From contig OY253670.1 in NCBI GenBank assembly GCA_958009085.1, positions 1,178,001-1,242,000 on the forward strand: DNA of 64,000 nucleotides, written 5' to 3'. Made by a program: the position numbers and the translations under genes. This stretch comes from Protoeuglena noctilucae. Taxonomy: Eukaryota. Position 1 is the stretch's first letter. Every line of letters starts with the position of its first letter. Of the stretch, positions 11,833 to 24,818 are shown piece after piece. Under the pieces are notes generated by a model. That model was not told the DNA's origin. It was given only the letters and a program-made list of their open reading frames with translations, and searched no databases.

Positions 11833-13365
11833 ATGGTTGACGGCGGGCACGCGCCCACCATCCCGTCTGCCGTGGCTCTGATGGGCTTCCACCAGGCCAA
11901 CATCACGCGCCATAACGCGGAGGTGCTTCGGGCGTCGGTGGCTCAGCGCAGCGCGGGCCCCGCCGCTGCCCCGCCTCCCAGTGGGGTCCCCGTCTCAGCA
12001 GGGGTCAGCGACGCGACCCGCCAGCCGTCTTCTGCCAACCAGGTCCAGGTGCGCTGCCCGGCGACGCTGTTCGGGCTCGCGGCCATCCCGGCAGCCACCG
12101 CCGCTGCTGACGCCGGGTCACATAGCAGTGCTGCCATGCACGCAGGGCCGGGGCGAGAGTTCCAGTGGCCCGGGATCTGCAGGGCCAAGGAGCGCACAGG
12201 CGGCGTCTGTGAGAGTTATGACGGCAAGTGCACGCATCTACTGGCAGCTAAAACGGCCTGACGAACCCCCGGCCACTCATGCGCGCTAGCATGAGAGGAC
12301 CTTTCCGCCGTACCGCAGGCTCGGGCCCAGGCAGCCGCCCCGGTCGTCAGTGTCGGAGTGGAGGTGCACGGGAGTCGCGCGCTTTCGGCGCACGCGGTGA
12401 CGAGCTCTGCGCTGGGAACGGCCTCCAAGCTGCAGGGCCAAGAGAGCGCCCCCACCGTCCGGACGGACTTTGCCGCGCTGGCCAATTCGAGCGTCGGGGG
12501 CAACGGCCTCCCGCGGCCGTATGGCCGATTCCTCGCCACTCGGGAGGGGAACGGCCTTGCCGTGTGGGAGCGACTGCCGCCATATGAGGTGAATCTCATG
12601 GGGCGGGTGCTGCCATGCGTGGCCTCAGGGGTCAGCAAACCTCAGCCCCGTCTCACGCTGGTTCGTGCTCATTGCTCGCAGGTGCAGGCGCAGCTGCGGG
12701 CCTCGCAGAGTGGCTCGGGGCCGCCCTCCCCTGGCCGCAACATCTCGCGCATCAACATCGAGAAGGGCGCGCTTCTGCAGCGCAACCTGCAGCACGACGT
12801 CCTCGAAATCCCCAGCGCCTACGCTCCGGGGGGCCGCGACTTGCTGCTGGCGTGGCCGGAGGAGTTCAAAGGGACCGACATGTTTGCCTGGCGCCGGCCC
12901 GCCAGCGACGCCATCGGCAACCCCACCGTCTCGTACACGGAGGAGGCGCCCACGCGCATCCCGCCCCTCGGGGCGACCTTCCTCGTGCGGGTGAGGTCGA
13001 TGATTCAAGGGAGTGCCGCTCCACCCGCGGCCCCAACTGCGGCCGCGTGGTGCTCAACGCGGGTCCTTCGCCATTGCAGGTGCCCGATGAGATGCCGTCG
13101 TCCGTCAAGGTGGACGACAGCCGAGACTTTGAGAAGTCGTTCCTGCATCCGCTGGTGAGGAGCCACGCCGGTGCGCCTGCCGCCGGCACCGCTTGCTGAC
13201 ACCGAGTGCTGATACTGGGTTCCTCGCTCTTCCGCGCAGCGAGGGTTCACCAAGGGCTCAGTTCGCGGCGGTCGCCGCCTTCAGGAGGTCAAGGAAGCCC
13301 GGCCGCCGCCCGGAGTGCCCCCTCTCGCAAAGCACTTGGGTCCTGCCCCCCCCGTGGACAGCTAA
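11833..13365 (+). CDS. Uncharacterised protein
   Basis: Six exons join in frame (including GC-AG intron 12224-12318) to the TAA at 13363-13365. No family recognised; start is uncertain. Confidence 0.6.
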
Positions 13366-13446
13366 TTCTCGCTAGCGGGGCCCGCGGCAGAAATTAGCAC
13401 TTGAAGCTGCGGACCGAGCGGTTGTCCCGGGTGTATTGGGCGACAA

Positions 13447-14931
13447 ATGGGCGGCGGCAGCGGCAGGAAGCGAGGGAGAGGGGTGTACATCGCCGAAGAA
13501 GATCTGGAACCGGCAGAGGTTACTACGGACACGATTATACTTGCGGGCCAAGGGGCTAAGGAGGTGCGGCGGTGTCACTCGGTGAAAAGTGGAGCACGTG
13601 TGCTGCCGGCAGGGCTTGAGCCGGCAGGCGGCTTGCTGACGCGGCTTACTGATCCCTCCTATGTCTGCCTCTTCCTCTGTCTGCTCGCCTCCAGGATGGC
13701 GCAGTGGCCGAGGCTGTTGAGGCTGCTTGCTGAAAGCGAGCAAAGTTGTCACATGCTTTGCAGGGCGTGGGGAAGGCCCCGCGCGTTGCCGTCGACAATG
13801 GTAACAAGAAAGAGGATAAGAGCATCTCGGCGGCTGCCCCGCGGCGGAGGCATCGCCGAGGCGCGGACAGCAGCAGCACTTCGACAAGTTCGGGAGGCGG
13901 CTCCGCATCCTCGGGCGACGAGGAGGCCAGCAGCTCCCTCGCTACTAGCACCAGTTCAAGTTCAAGTTCGAGCTTCAGCTCCACGACGTCTTCATCCACC
14001 TCGTCGCAAGGGAGACAAGCGCCGCCGCCCGTCTCCCAGCCGGGGGTCGAGCGCCCAAACGGGGACGATGCTTCAGGCCAGGGCGACGTTGCTCAGCGCA
14101 AGCTGTACATTGGGGGCATGCCGTTCACGTGGGATGCTGGGAGGGTCAAGGAGGTGAGCGTCGGCCTGCTTGTCTGCGCCCCCAACCCTCAGCATGCCGT
14201 CGGTTCTCTCCGCAAAGAGAGTGGCACCTCTCCCTCCTCGCAGTATTGGGAGTTTTGTGGGCCGGTCGAGGAGGTGGATCTGATGACGTTCCCCGACACG
14301 GGGAGGTTCAGGGGCATCGCCATCGTCACGTTTCAGTCCCAGGCTGAGGCCGAGGAAGCCCTCAAGTACAACGGCGAGGACTGCGAGGGGAAGCGTTTGG
14401 TGGTCAAGCGATACAACAAGCCCGGCCAGGGGCCGGCTGCCACGACCCCGAAGAGGTGCCTTTCGGTGTGAGGCGGGGACGCCGCAAGTGCGGCTCCAAG
14501 TGCCCGTGTGCGAGTTCCCTTCCTCTGCCGTGGCGACCACAGGAAGTCTGCCGGGGGTCCTGCCAAGACGCCGGGGTACAACGTGGCCTACGTGGGGAAC
14601 CTGGCGTTCTCGGCGACCGAGCAGGACGTGACTGGGATTTTCACGGTGCGTGCCCGTGCGTGCATGCCGGTGGTGTCGCCACCGGCGACACTGACTAGCA
14701 CCCGCCCCCATGGCGTCATCTCTGACCTACGGCGCTATCTCTAAACGACAGGGTCAGGGTCTGGACGTGGAGAGGGTGCGCATGCACATGGACAAGGCTA
14801 CGGGCGAGTTCCGCGGCTTCGCGCACGTCCACTTCGGCTCCGAGGACGGCCTGGATGCCGCTGTGCAGCTAGATGGCACGGACTTTATGGGCCGGGAGCT
14901 CCGGGTCACGTACGCCAAGCCCCCTTCCTAG
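13447..14931 (+). CDS. Two-RRM RNA-binding protein, PHIP1/nucleolin-like
   Basis: RRM1 KLYIGGMPF...MTFPDTGRFRGIAIVTF and RRM2 YNVAYVGNLAF...DKATGEFRGFAHVHF. Ser-rich N-terminus; 5' exon structure is uncertain. Confidence 0.8.
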
Positions 14932-15374
14932 CGCCACTGCAGGCGACTGGCGTTGCACTGGCCCGAGCTGCCCGCGCGCTCTCATCGCGCCCGCGGGTTG
15001 CGTTCGCGCCGCAGACGCGACCTAGTCCCTCCCGACTCCCTGCGTTTCCGGCAGGTCACCGCTAGCACGGGCACCTTGCGCCTCCTTCGCCTGCTGCACC
15101 CGCGCGCCCACCGTGAGCAGGGCGCCTTGCGTCCCGCATCGAAATACCAAGCGATTTAAGAGCGCGCACGTCAACGCCGTGGCGCACGGGTCCCGGCCCG
15201 AGTGCAGCGGGAGTCTGTCCGGGACCGTCCCGCATTCCGCGCGGAGGGGGGCGTTTAGCCCCGGGTTGCGCTGGATTCTTCTCGGAGGCTAATCGAGGTT
15301 TCGTCAGGGGTCGCTCTCCACCCGCAACGACCCTCGAGGACGTGCACGTCCGCCCGGCGACCCCGACACTGGCC

Positions 15375-17173
15375 ATGGCCGCGCGGGAGCTCCAGGACCT
15401 CAGCGAGGTCGACATGCGCACCGAGTGGAGGCTCCGGGACTCGACGGACGACCGGGAGCTGGATGCCGTCTTCTGGCCGCCGGGTGAGCGACGCGGCGGG
15501 CCTCGACTGCTGCGCCCGCGCAACGGAATATGGCGGGCTTTGCGGGATGCCCTTGGCTCTTTTCACGGCCCCACAACCTGAACGAACACCATTACATGCG
15601 CTCTGATCGGTCCATGACCCTTTAAATTCCCGCAGGAAGCGACGGAGACAAGCAAATTGTCAAGGTGCAGCTGCTGCCCGCCGCTGCCCCGCCGCTGCCC
15701 GCGCGTTCCCGCGAGAGCCGCGCAATTGCAAGTGCTGCGACACTGAAACGCACGCCTCTCCGCATGCAGGTCTTTGCGAAGAGCGGCTCGAGCAAGAAGG
15801 AGGCCTTCATTCACTTCACGAACCAGCTCAGCACGAGCGTGCGGTGCGTGGCCTTGCGCAGCAATCTCACATGCACTGTCGAGGCGACGCTGTATTGATG
15901 CAAGACGCGCCCGGCTGGGTGCAGAGTGCGCTCCCACCCACCCAGCGGCGGGTCCCTCATACATGCTGGCGTCTGCCTCCTCTGCAGGTGCATCTGGATC
16001 GACTACAAGGGCGCTGAGGTGGTCTACAGCGTGCTGACGCCCGGCCAGAGTGCGCTGTACAAGACGTGGGTGGGCCACTTCTGGATCGTGCGCCGTACCG
16101 ACGACATGACCCGGGCGTGCTTCCAGTCCGACTGCCAGAACGCCCTGCAGGAGATCTGCGTGGGGAAGGAGGACAAGCAGACTCTGCAGATCGTCGACGC
16201 GCCGCAGGCGAGTGCCGCCCGGTGGGTCGACCCAGCGCACGCACCGATGCCGCAGCAGTCCCGGAGTGCGATTCCACAGCGCCGTCTGCGTCGCCTGCAG
16301 ATGCCGCCCTATTCCGAGCGCACGCACCACATGTTCCCGGAGTCGTTCAAGAGGGAAGTTCAGCAGCTGCTGCTGTGCTACCACCGCGCCCAGGCCGTCA
16401 GCGAGGTGAGCGTGCGTGCTGTGTGCGAGGGCGGCCTACAAGCCGCGGCCCTAACACGGCGAGGCCTGAGGTTCCCCGACAAGTTAAGGCTGTCATTTTC
16501 GATGTGCTCAACTCCCTTACCCATCTGTCGCCCCTTTGCAGGCCCTGGTGGATCAGGAGCACGCCATGCAGGCCGACGCCCTCCTCGCCACCCACAAGCG
16601 CAGCGGCACCAGCAACAGCCTCTCCTCTTCTGTCACGTTTAGCTCCGGGGAAAGCATGGACGTCGACTCCGTGTCGGTGAGCCCAGGCGTCACCAGCACC
16701 AGCACCGCACTCCATCGTCATGAGCAGTTCTGGCCTCATGCACGTGATGATCACAGGCTCTCCATCATGCGTTTGTCTTTGAGACTTGACTGCAGCATTG
16801 TAGTGCTGCGATGCATCGTGACTCTTCGCCAGCGTGGGCCTCTCTAGGGCACCACCCACCCCATCGCCCACCGCCTCCGTGTGCCCAGGAAGTGGAGGAG
16901 GCAGACGAGAGCGGGCTGATCATGTTTGCCTCGCTCCCGAAGGACATGGTTCTGGAGATGGTGGGCCAGCTCTGGGGCCTGCATATGCTGGATGTGGACC
17001 CGCTCATGCCCCGGCAGCACCGGGACCTGCACCCTATCGACTTGCCCGAGGGACTCGACAGCCTCGCACGCGCCAGCGGCGGGGAGGCGGTGCCGGCGCC
17101 CAGCCGCAGCGCCAGTCGCAGGGACTGCCTGCCCGCGGCTGGCCGCCTCATCGGCAGGTGCTTCTCGGCTTGA
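15375..17173 (+). CDS. VHL beta-domain protein
   Basis: SGSSKKEAFIHFTNQLSTSVR|CIWIDYKGAEVVYSVLTPGQSALYKTWVGHFWIVR aligns by eye with the pVHL beta domain. Followed by THHMFPESFKREVQQLLLC and FASLPKDMVLEMV segments. Confidence 0.8.
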
Positions 17174-17564
17174 GAGCCCCTTCACACCGCGCCACCTCGG
17201 TTTGAGGTGCTGGAGCTGCAGGCCATCAAGGCAGTTCACTGGCCCGCCTCGGGTGCTGGTCTTGCCCCACTTGCACACGGCCCTCTGCGTTCCCATGATG
17301 CATGAGATTCGAGCACAGACCTGCACCTTGCTCGCGTGAGGTCGCGTGCTACTCTTTTCGAGGGTGTGCTGTCTTTTCGCCAGCTCAAACAGTGTTTCAG
17401 CGCGGCTGCCGTGGCTGAGAAGCTTAGAGCAGCCGGCTCACGCAGACGACATGTGCTACCCAAACGCCGCAAACTCTCATGTGATGGCCCGGAGTTGAAG
17501 TTTGCTCGCCAGGCAAGACAGGGACCGCGTGACCGGGGAGGGCCCAGCGTGACGTGGCCCCGTT

Positions 17565-20500
17565 TCACGCGAGCCCTGCGCCGAGGTCTGGGCAGTCGGC
17601 CGCCCAGTTGCCGCTGCTGGTGCGCTGGCGGGGGTGCCGCTTCTTGGCCATCCGGGGGTCCGAGGGGTTGCCGAAGTACTTGCTGTAGTCGAACACCACC
17701 TGCAGGAGGGCCAGCGCGGTTGGCGTACTCGCGACCAGTGGCAAGGCAAAAGCAGGGTCCCGCCTGTAGCGGCGCTCTGGCCGCTGCAGGGGTGCTGCCG
17801 TGTCGCGTATGCAGTCGTGCGCGGAGCTCTCCTCACCTCGAGGTCACAAGTCGACCCTCCTGGGCACCGGAAGACGGTGTCCGGGTCGACCTTGCGTTGC
17901 TCGTGCAAAGTTTCTTTGAGGACGTACGAACGCGCCCACTGGGGCACGGGCTTCTTAAGCGCGCCCTCCTCGCTCTCCTCCGAGTCACTGGGCAAAGACG
18001 AGCCGGGCAGAGCGGTCAGCGTTGACGGGCATACGCGGACCCCCACATGCCACACGACGGTGTGGCGGCGACGCAGACGTGTGCTGCAGCAATCGGTCAA
18101 GAACAGCCGGCTCCGCACCTGTGGTACGGCGACATGGGGTACTCCTGCACCTCGTCCTCTGGCCGCACATCGCGTGCCGGGCCTGCCGCCTTGGGGGCGC
18201 CACCAGGCGCGGGGGCGAGGGCGGGCGCAGCAGGCTTCTCTGCCGGCGCTGCTTTGGCCGCGGCTGGGACCTCCGCCTGCGCAGGCACAGCCTTGTTTGC
18301 CTGAGCCGCCGACGGAGCCAAGCCACGTGCGGGTGGCGAGAGGACCGCGGGGCGGACCGGTGGCCCCACCGTGGCAAACGGCTTTTTGAATGGCATCCCC
18401 GGGCCCTTGCCCCCGGCCATGTTGCCACTGCAGTGATGGCGGGAAGACCCCTTGTCAGCGCTGCTGCAGCCGAGGCCCCTCCGTAGGTCTCAAAGGCCGT
18501 CCCAGGCCAACAGCCGCAACCCCATCACCTGACTGCTGCCAGCGGCTGCCTCGTCTTCGACGACGCCTCCTCTGCGGGGGCCTTGGTAACCCCAGGGCGG
18601 GTGGCCCCCGCACTCGGCCCCGGCCCTGCTGTGACCGCCCCCGCCCCCGCCTGTGCGCGGGGATTCGGCTTGTCCGCCTGCAGCGCTCCCTGCGTCTTCT
18701 TTGCATGCTTGCCCTGCTGCGTTTCCAACGGCCGTCGCTGATGTCCCTTCTGCAGGGCACAGCGAGCTGTGGTGCAATGGGTGCGCTTTCCACCACACAG
18801 CCTTGACAGACGAGCGAGGCCGCGCCGCCCTGTCACCTCCAGCCGCTCCTTAGTCTTCTCCGCCGCGCGCATGCCATTGGCCTTCGCCCCCTGCTTCTCT
18901 GCGAGCTGTCGCTTGGCTGCCATGGCTGCACCCGGTGCAGTCCCTGCCTGTGCAGAGGCCTTGGGGGCCCCAGGCGCAGCCGGCGGGGCGCCCGCCCCAG
19001 CCCTGCCCTCCGCGGCCTTCGGCTCCGGGCGGCCAGCGCCGTCCCGCGCGTCGCCGGCGCCAGGCGCAGGTCCCGCCGCCGCGGCTTGCGTGGCGGAGTC
19101 GGTGCCGGCAGGTGCCGGGGAAGCCTGGCTGCCAGGGCCCAGCGGAGACCGCTTCATCGCCGAGCGCGTGACGCGAGCAGAGGGCGCCTCCGCAGCCGCC
19201 TGGTGCTGCGGGGTGGCGGCCGCGGGTGCCGGTGCGGGTGCAGGTGTGGCCGAGGGCGTGGGCGTGGGCGCGTGTGATGCTGGGGCCCTCGTCTGAGACT
19301 GGGGCGGCGTGGCGGTGGGGGCCTGCGAGGAATCGACCTGCAAGGGTGAGGGAATGGCGGGACTTCCTATGCTGTGCTTTCAAATCTGTTCACATCAACC
19401 AGGCGCATACTGCAGCTTCACGTGGGACCCAAGGAGGTCGTCATGAGGTGTCGGGAGGTGACTTGGGAATCGAGATTTCGCACCTTGCGGAGTTGCGACG
19501 GCTTGATGGCGGGAGACGTGTCCTTGGCGTCCACCCACTGGCGGTCAGGCACCGGTGCGCGCGGCCCGTCAGTCCTGTGGCTCCCCGGGGCGGCCGGCAT
19601 GTCCAGCTCAGCGGCAGCCTGCAACGGCCAAGGGCAAGGGCTCACTTGACATGCTCCACCTGCCGTCGATGGGCCCATACGTTGCTCGGGACGTGGCAAT
19701 ACCACATTACGACAGCCAGCACCGATGCTCACCACGCCACGCTTCCTGGAGCCGCTCCCCGACGATTTCTGCGTCGACCCGCCAGGTCCGCGGCTGGACG
19801 TCGGCGTCTTGGCCAGCAGCGCGGCTGGCGGGGGCGGGGGCGGCATTGTGTCCACCTTTGCCGGGCCCGGAGCATCCGCCATCGCCACTGCTGTCGCGTT
19901 CGTGCTGCTCCCGGGGACGGTGCCCGACGCGGCCGCTTCGTTTGCGGGGCCCGCTGCCTGCGCTTCGAACGGACTCGGCCTCGCCGCGACGGCCCGGGGC
20001 CCGGGAGTGGGCGTGTCCTCGCCACAGGCGACGCCGACGTCGAACGTCACATCCGCGCCCTGCTCGCCGCCTTCGCGCTCCTCGGGCGCCTCCGCCGCGC
20101 TCCCCGGCACCTCCTGTGCCTCTCCCTGCCCCGCGTCAGCCGCGGCCGGCTCCCTTCCCTCCTCAGGCACAGGCACCTCTGCATGTGCCTTGGCGTCCCC
20201 ACCCTCGCCCGCCTCCTGCCCACCCTGCTCCGCCCCTTCCGGCGCCTCCTTGGCCTTTTTGCCGGCGCCTCGTGTCGTTTTCCTGCGGTGCAGCAATGCC
20301 ACAAGACGGATCGGTGCCAAGGCAGGGCCGGGGCCATGGCAGAATGCATGCCACAACACGACACTCACTGCTTCTTCCGTCCCCCTTTGGCTTGCTTGGG
20401 GGCCTTCTTCCCGCTCAGCCCGGCTTCCTCCGCAGCCCCGCTCGCGCCGACCTCGCCGCCCCTCGCCCGCATCGCATCCTGCCCATTATCCTCCCCTGCA

Positions 20501-21027
20501 GCGGGAGCGCCCTCCTGCGCTGCCTGCTCTTCCTCCTCGCCAGGCTCCTCCCCGCGAATGCCGTCCAACACAGACGCCCCGCGCTTGACGCCTCGACGCC
20601 CCGGGGGGTTCAGTGCGCCGGCGCCGTTCTTGAGGAGCTGCGGGCAGGGTGGCGCACCTGTTTGCCCGCCGCGTTTGAAGGTGGGGGGACCGGCAGCTTC
20701 CGCGCCTTCTCCAGAAGACACAAGCGTTTAATAGCATACGAGAGCAATAGCCACGGCGCCGGAGGCAGCGCGCGACATCCTCTCGACGTCGAGCTGCTGC
20801 CCGCTCCCCCCCGCGTCGCGGCGAACCCATACCTTGGTGTGCTCATCGTCGAGCTTCTTCTGCCTCGCCCGCAGCTCTTGCTTGCTGACAACGAGGCCGG
20901 AGGTTCGCTCCAGCAATGCTTTGCCAAGCGCGCCCAGCTCCGCGGCCTTGACCTGCAGCAGCTCGGCGATGGCGCGCTGGCCCTCCTCCCCTCCCCGTGA
21001 GAGCCCCTCAAACACTTTCTCGTCCAT
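17565..21027 (-). CDS. INCENP: INCENP-like chromosomal passenger protein
   Basis: C-terminal IN-box KPVPQWARSYVLKETLHEQRKVDPDTVF...DLE|VVFD...RQRTSSGNW. N-terminal helix and long low-complexity middle; internal exons are approximate. Confidence 0.82.
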
Positions 21028-21454
21028 GCCGCTCTCCACAGGCGCGGGGCGAGCACAGTGGGGACTCCACGCCAAGGCGCTTGCCGCAGCCGTTCGCAGT
21101 GAGAGACAAGGCAAGCAGCGCCCTACGTTCCTAAATCGATGTCGACAGGCCAGGTGGATGGCGCAATCGCGCGGAAGGATCGCCGTTCGCGGGCTGGCAC
21201 TGTCTGACCCCGCGCTCACAACGGAAGTCAGACTGGGCCCGAAGAGATCGCGACGTGCTTTGTGTGGGTCAATTTGTTATGGTCTGCTTATCTGATGTCG
21301 CTGCAACGTTTCAATGTCCGGGCAGGAGGCAGGACCAGGCTAGTCTGCAGCAGGGTGCTTTAGCATGAGCATGATGGACGGGGACACTTGGTGGTTACCA
21401 TGCACGTGACCCCGCCTTCTCCTCCCGCCATTTCACTGGAGAACCCGGACCATC

Positions 21455-22070
21455 TCAACTTGCCTGCGAACACAGGCCGGCGCATTGCTTTAATGCGTAT
21501 CTGTGCCCGCAAAGTCCTTGTGCACTTCCACATGCCACGTGCGCCCAGGTTGCCAGCTCACCTTAAACTTTCGGCCCCTCCACGCCCCCATACTCGCTAG
21601 CCTGGCCCGGTCCGCCTGCACCACCTTATCCAGCTCGCGCTCCACGAAGTAGTTTTGCTCCACGTACTGCTGCAGCTTCTTCACCTCTGCGAGGGTGCCA
21701 AGGAGGGCTGCTCGCTCGCAGCAGCTTAACCATTGTAGCGAGTGCTGAGGCTTTATCCCTGCACGGGTCCCAGGGGGTGCTCACTCGCTGGCCGACCCGT
21801 CGCAAAGCACCGCTCCTCGCCTGTTACTGATATCTCCGACAGCTTGAGTTCCTTGGAGTACCCCAGGCTCTCGCAGACCTGCGTAGAGGGCCGTGCAAGG
21901 GGTTGCCTCCGCTCTGCTCTCTCGCATCCTCGCGTGAGGCCGCCGTGCCTCCCTGCATGCCGTACCTGCAAGGAGAGCGTGGGACCCAGCCCTTTGACGC
22001 TCTGCAGCGCCATCCAGATCGTCTTGGCCACGGGGATACGACGGCCAAAGAGCACCACCGACTCCGACAT
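21455..22070 (-). CDS. RPS13: Nucleus-encoded mitochondrial-type ribosomal protein uS13
   Basis: VLFGRRIPVAKTIWMALQSVKGLGPTLSLQ|VCESLG...KLSEIS...FVERELDKVVQADRARLASMGAWRG fits bacterial-type S13. No plastid transit peptide. Three introns. Confidence 0.75.
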
Positions 22071-22527
22071 CCTGCTCCCCCACCGCTGGCCGCTGTTGCC
22101 ACGTTAGCCTTCCTCTCGTAACTGGGAACGTCCAGCCGTTCGCTGCTGCTCGACAGAGCGCGCAATCGTCCACAGCAGCGCACGCGGACAAGCACACCCG
22201 ATTTCCGGCGCTGTTCCCGCAACGGGCGCCACGAGGTTAGAGGTTTGCAGATGCTTGCAATTGAAGGCCGCGTAAGAGACGCCCAGGCCCCCGTTTCATT
22301 CATTCCTTCGCCACCGGCGTCAGGTGCGCCAGATGGATGATCGCGGGTTCGACGAGTGGCGGCGGGAGTTCGCGATCACGCATCACTCATCTTCCATGCG
22401 GCATGCGCCGAGTCTTTCTTTAGCAGCAGAGGCGCCTGTTGGGGTGGACGCGAGCGGTCACGTCTGGGCCTCTGCCCGACGAGGGCCTTTAAAGCCCCCC
22501 GCTGCTGTAAAGGCTTACGAGATTATC

Positions 22528-24818
22528 ATGTGGCGCTTTGTGGTGCTGGCAATCGGCATCTTGGCGGCGGGCGGCGCGGGGGTGCACGCGTGGAGCGTCT
22601 TCGGCTGGGGCGGGGAGCCGGACGTGGCTCACGTCGATGCCGCTCGTGACCTGCAATTGATGGCGGACGATGCCGAGATTGACCGCGGCAAAGGTGAGAC
22701 CCTGCATTGCTTCTCCACGCGCGCCCAGAGGCGTGCTGCGCACAGGTCACCTCGCCGCTGTGGTCTCGTCGCCCGCAGCGCTTTTGGAGCGTTACGCGCT
22801 GGTCGCGGAGCCTTCCTGCTGGAGCGATGCAGTGAATCGCGTCGAGAGCGCGTGCGCGACGATGACGGACGGCCAGCAGGCCTGGCTCGCGTTTGCTCTT
22901 CTTAACTGTCACCTCCGGAAGAGCGGCAGGTCGACCTATCCATGCAGGCGAGTCCAGCGTGCTTGCGGGTGTTCAACGCGCGCTTTTGCTTGGAAAGCGC
23001 GGGTCGCTCACCCTCGCACTCTCACCGCGCCCCTGCAGCGAGACGCTCCCTCTCGAGGTGTGCACGGGCAGCCTCAGCGAGCACAGCTTCCAGCTCTACA
23101 CCATCGTCTTCAACGAGGCGCGTGCCATATGCGCCTTCGTGCTGGCCAGGGACTTCAAGTCCGAGACGTCCCGCATGCTCGTGGCCCTCCATGCGGCCGC
23201 AACCGAGTCGGCGGGCAAGCTCCTGGACATGGAGGGGCGCATGCGGGGACTGGCGGAGGGGCAGGAGCGACTGGCGGAGCTGACGGCCGCGTCGGCGGCG
23301 GAGGTGGTGGCGCTGGGAGCGGCGGTGGACCGGGCGGGAGCCGCGGCGCATCAGGCGCAGGTGGCGGCCGAGGGGGCGCGGGCAGAGGCGGAGGCGGTGG
23401 TCGGGACGCTGACACACGCCGCGGGGGAGCTGCGGGTGCGGCAGGAGGAGGCGGCTGCCACGCTGGCGCAGCTGTCGCAGCAGGGGGACCGGCATGCGCG
23501 TGTCCTGGGGGCCATCCTGGGCCACGCGCACAACGCCGCCGACGCCGCCTTCTACGCCACTGCCGCTGCCGCGGTTTTGGCCGCCACCATGGCTGTCCCT
23601 CTTGCGGCCGTGCGGGGGCCTGCCATGGCCCTGCTTGCCGGGTGCTACCTGTCGGAGGTGAGGGCCTGTCGTGCCTGCCATGCGTCGTTGGCACAAGTGC
23701 GCGCATTTCCACCACCTGTGTTCGGTGCGTGTCTGTGCGTGGGACTGTCGAGCAAGGTGGCACCACCGGCAGTGTCTCAAGTCATCCGCCGCCTGCTCCC
23801 GCCATCGCAGCGGTACCTACTGGAGCGCTGTGGAGGCTGGCTGGCCATTGCACCGGACGGCTCGTCGCTGGGCATCCCCATTCCCTCCCTGGTGACTTGG
23901 GCCCTGCGCGCCACCGTCGGTCGGTCCGTCCCTGCCGTCGACGTCAAGTGGTCGGTGCGGGGCGTCGCGATGGCGTTCGCCGTGGCCCTCTTCCGCGCCG
24001 CTGCCAGGGCTGCCCATGGCTGGGACGGCCCGGGTGGCGCTCCAACCTCGGTGGCGGAGAGGCTGGGGATGCTGGAGAAGGAGCTCAGGGTGAGTTGCAC
24101 AGGGCGATGGGCGCGGCAAGCGAGAGACACGCTGCGGTGGGAGCTTTTGTGGGACTAGGAACGTGCTGTGATCATCGGCGTCCCCTCTGCAGAGGACCAG
24201 GGGCGAGGTCCGTCGGCTGAATGACCTCATGTCTCCGCTCGCGTCGCCACGGGGGTCGCCGTGGCCATCGGGGCAGCAGGCGGGGGCCGGCAGGGGGCGC
24301 GCGGAGGCGTTGCCCGGCGAGGCTCGCCGTCACGTGGCCCTGGAGATGGACGGGCAGGCATCGTCGTCGTCGTCGGAGGATGCCAGCGAGGTGAGGCATG
24401 CAGTCATGTTGAGTATGTTGACTTGCTGTCACGTGGTGACGGTGCACAAGGGCGATGTCCGTGCCGCCACAACATGTGGTCTCTATCTCAATCGCAGGGC
24501 TTTGGCTCGTCTGAGGCCGGGGAGGGCCCCGAGGTAAGCCTGGCGCATCTGGCGGCCCCTGACGGACACCGTCGCACTCGCGGAGAGGGCCAGCAGCTGG
24601 GCACGCCGGCATCCACGCGGAGTGGGGCTGTGAGGGGCACTCCGAAAAGCGGCAAGAGCTCCGGCGGACGAGCCGACGGCGCACACGAGCGCCTGACGAG
24701 CCCACGTGCCCGGCGGACGCCGAGGGGCGGGCGTGGGCGGGGCAAGGCAGGGGGAGCGCCGGAGACGGATGGTGGCGACACGACGCGGCACACGTCGCCG
24801 CTCCAGGGCAGGGCTTAG
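22528..24818 (+). CDS. GEX1: GEX1/KAR5/Brambleberry nuclear-fusion protein
   Basis: Signal peptide; Cys-rich domain CWSDAV...C...LAFALLNCHLRKSGRSTYPC|S...C...Y...F...IC; coiled coil; TM helices. GC-AG intron 22948-23038. Confidence 0.85.
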
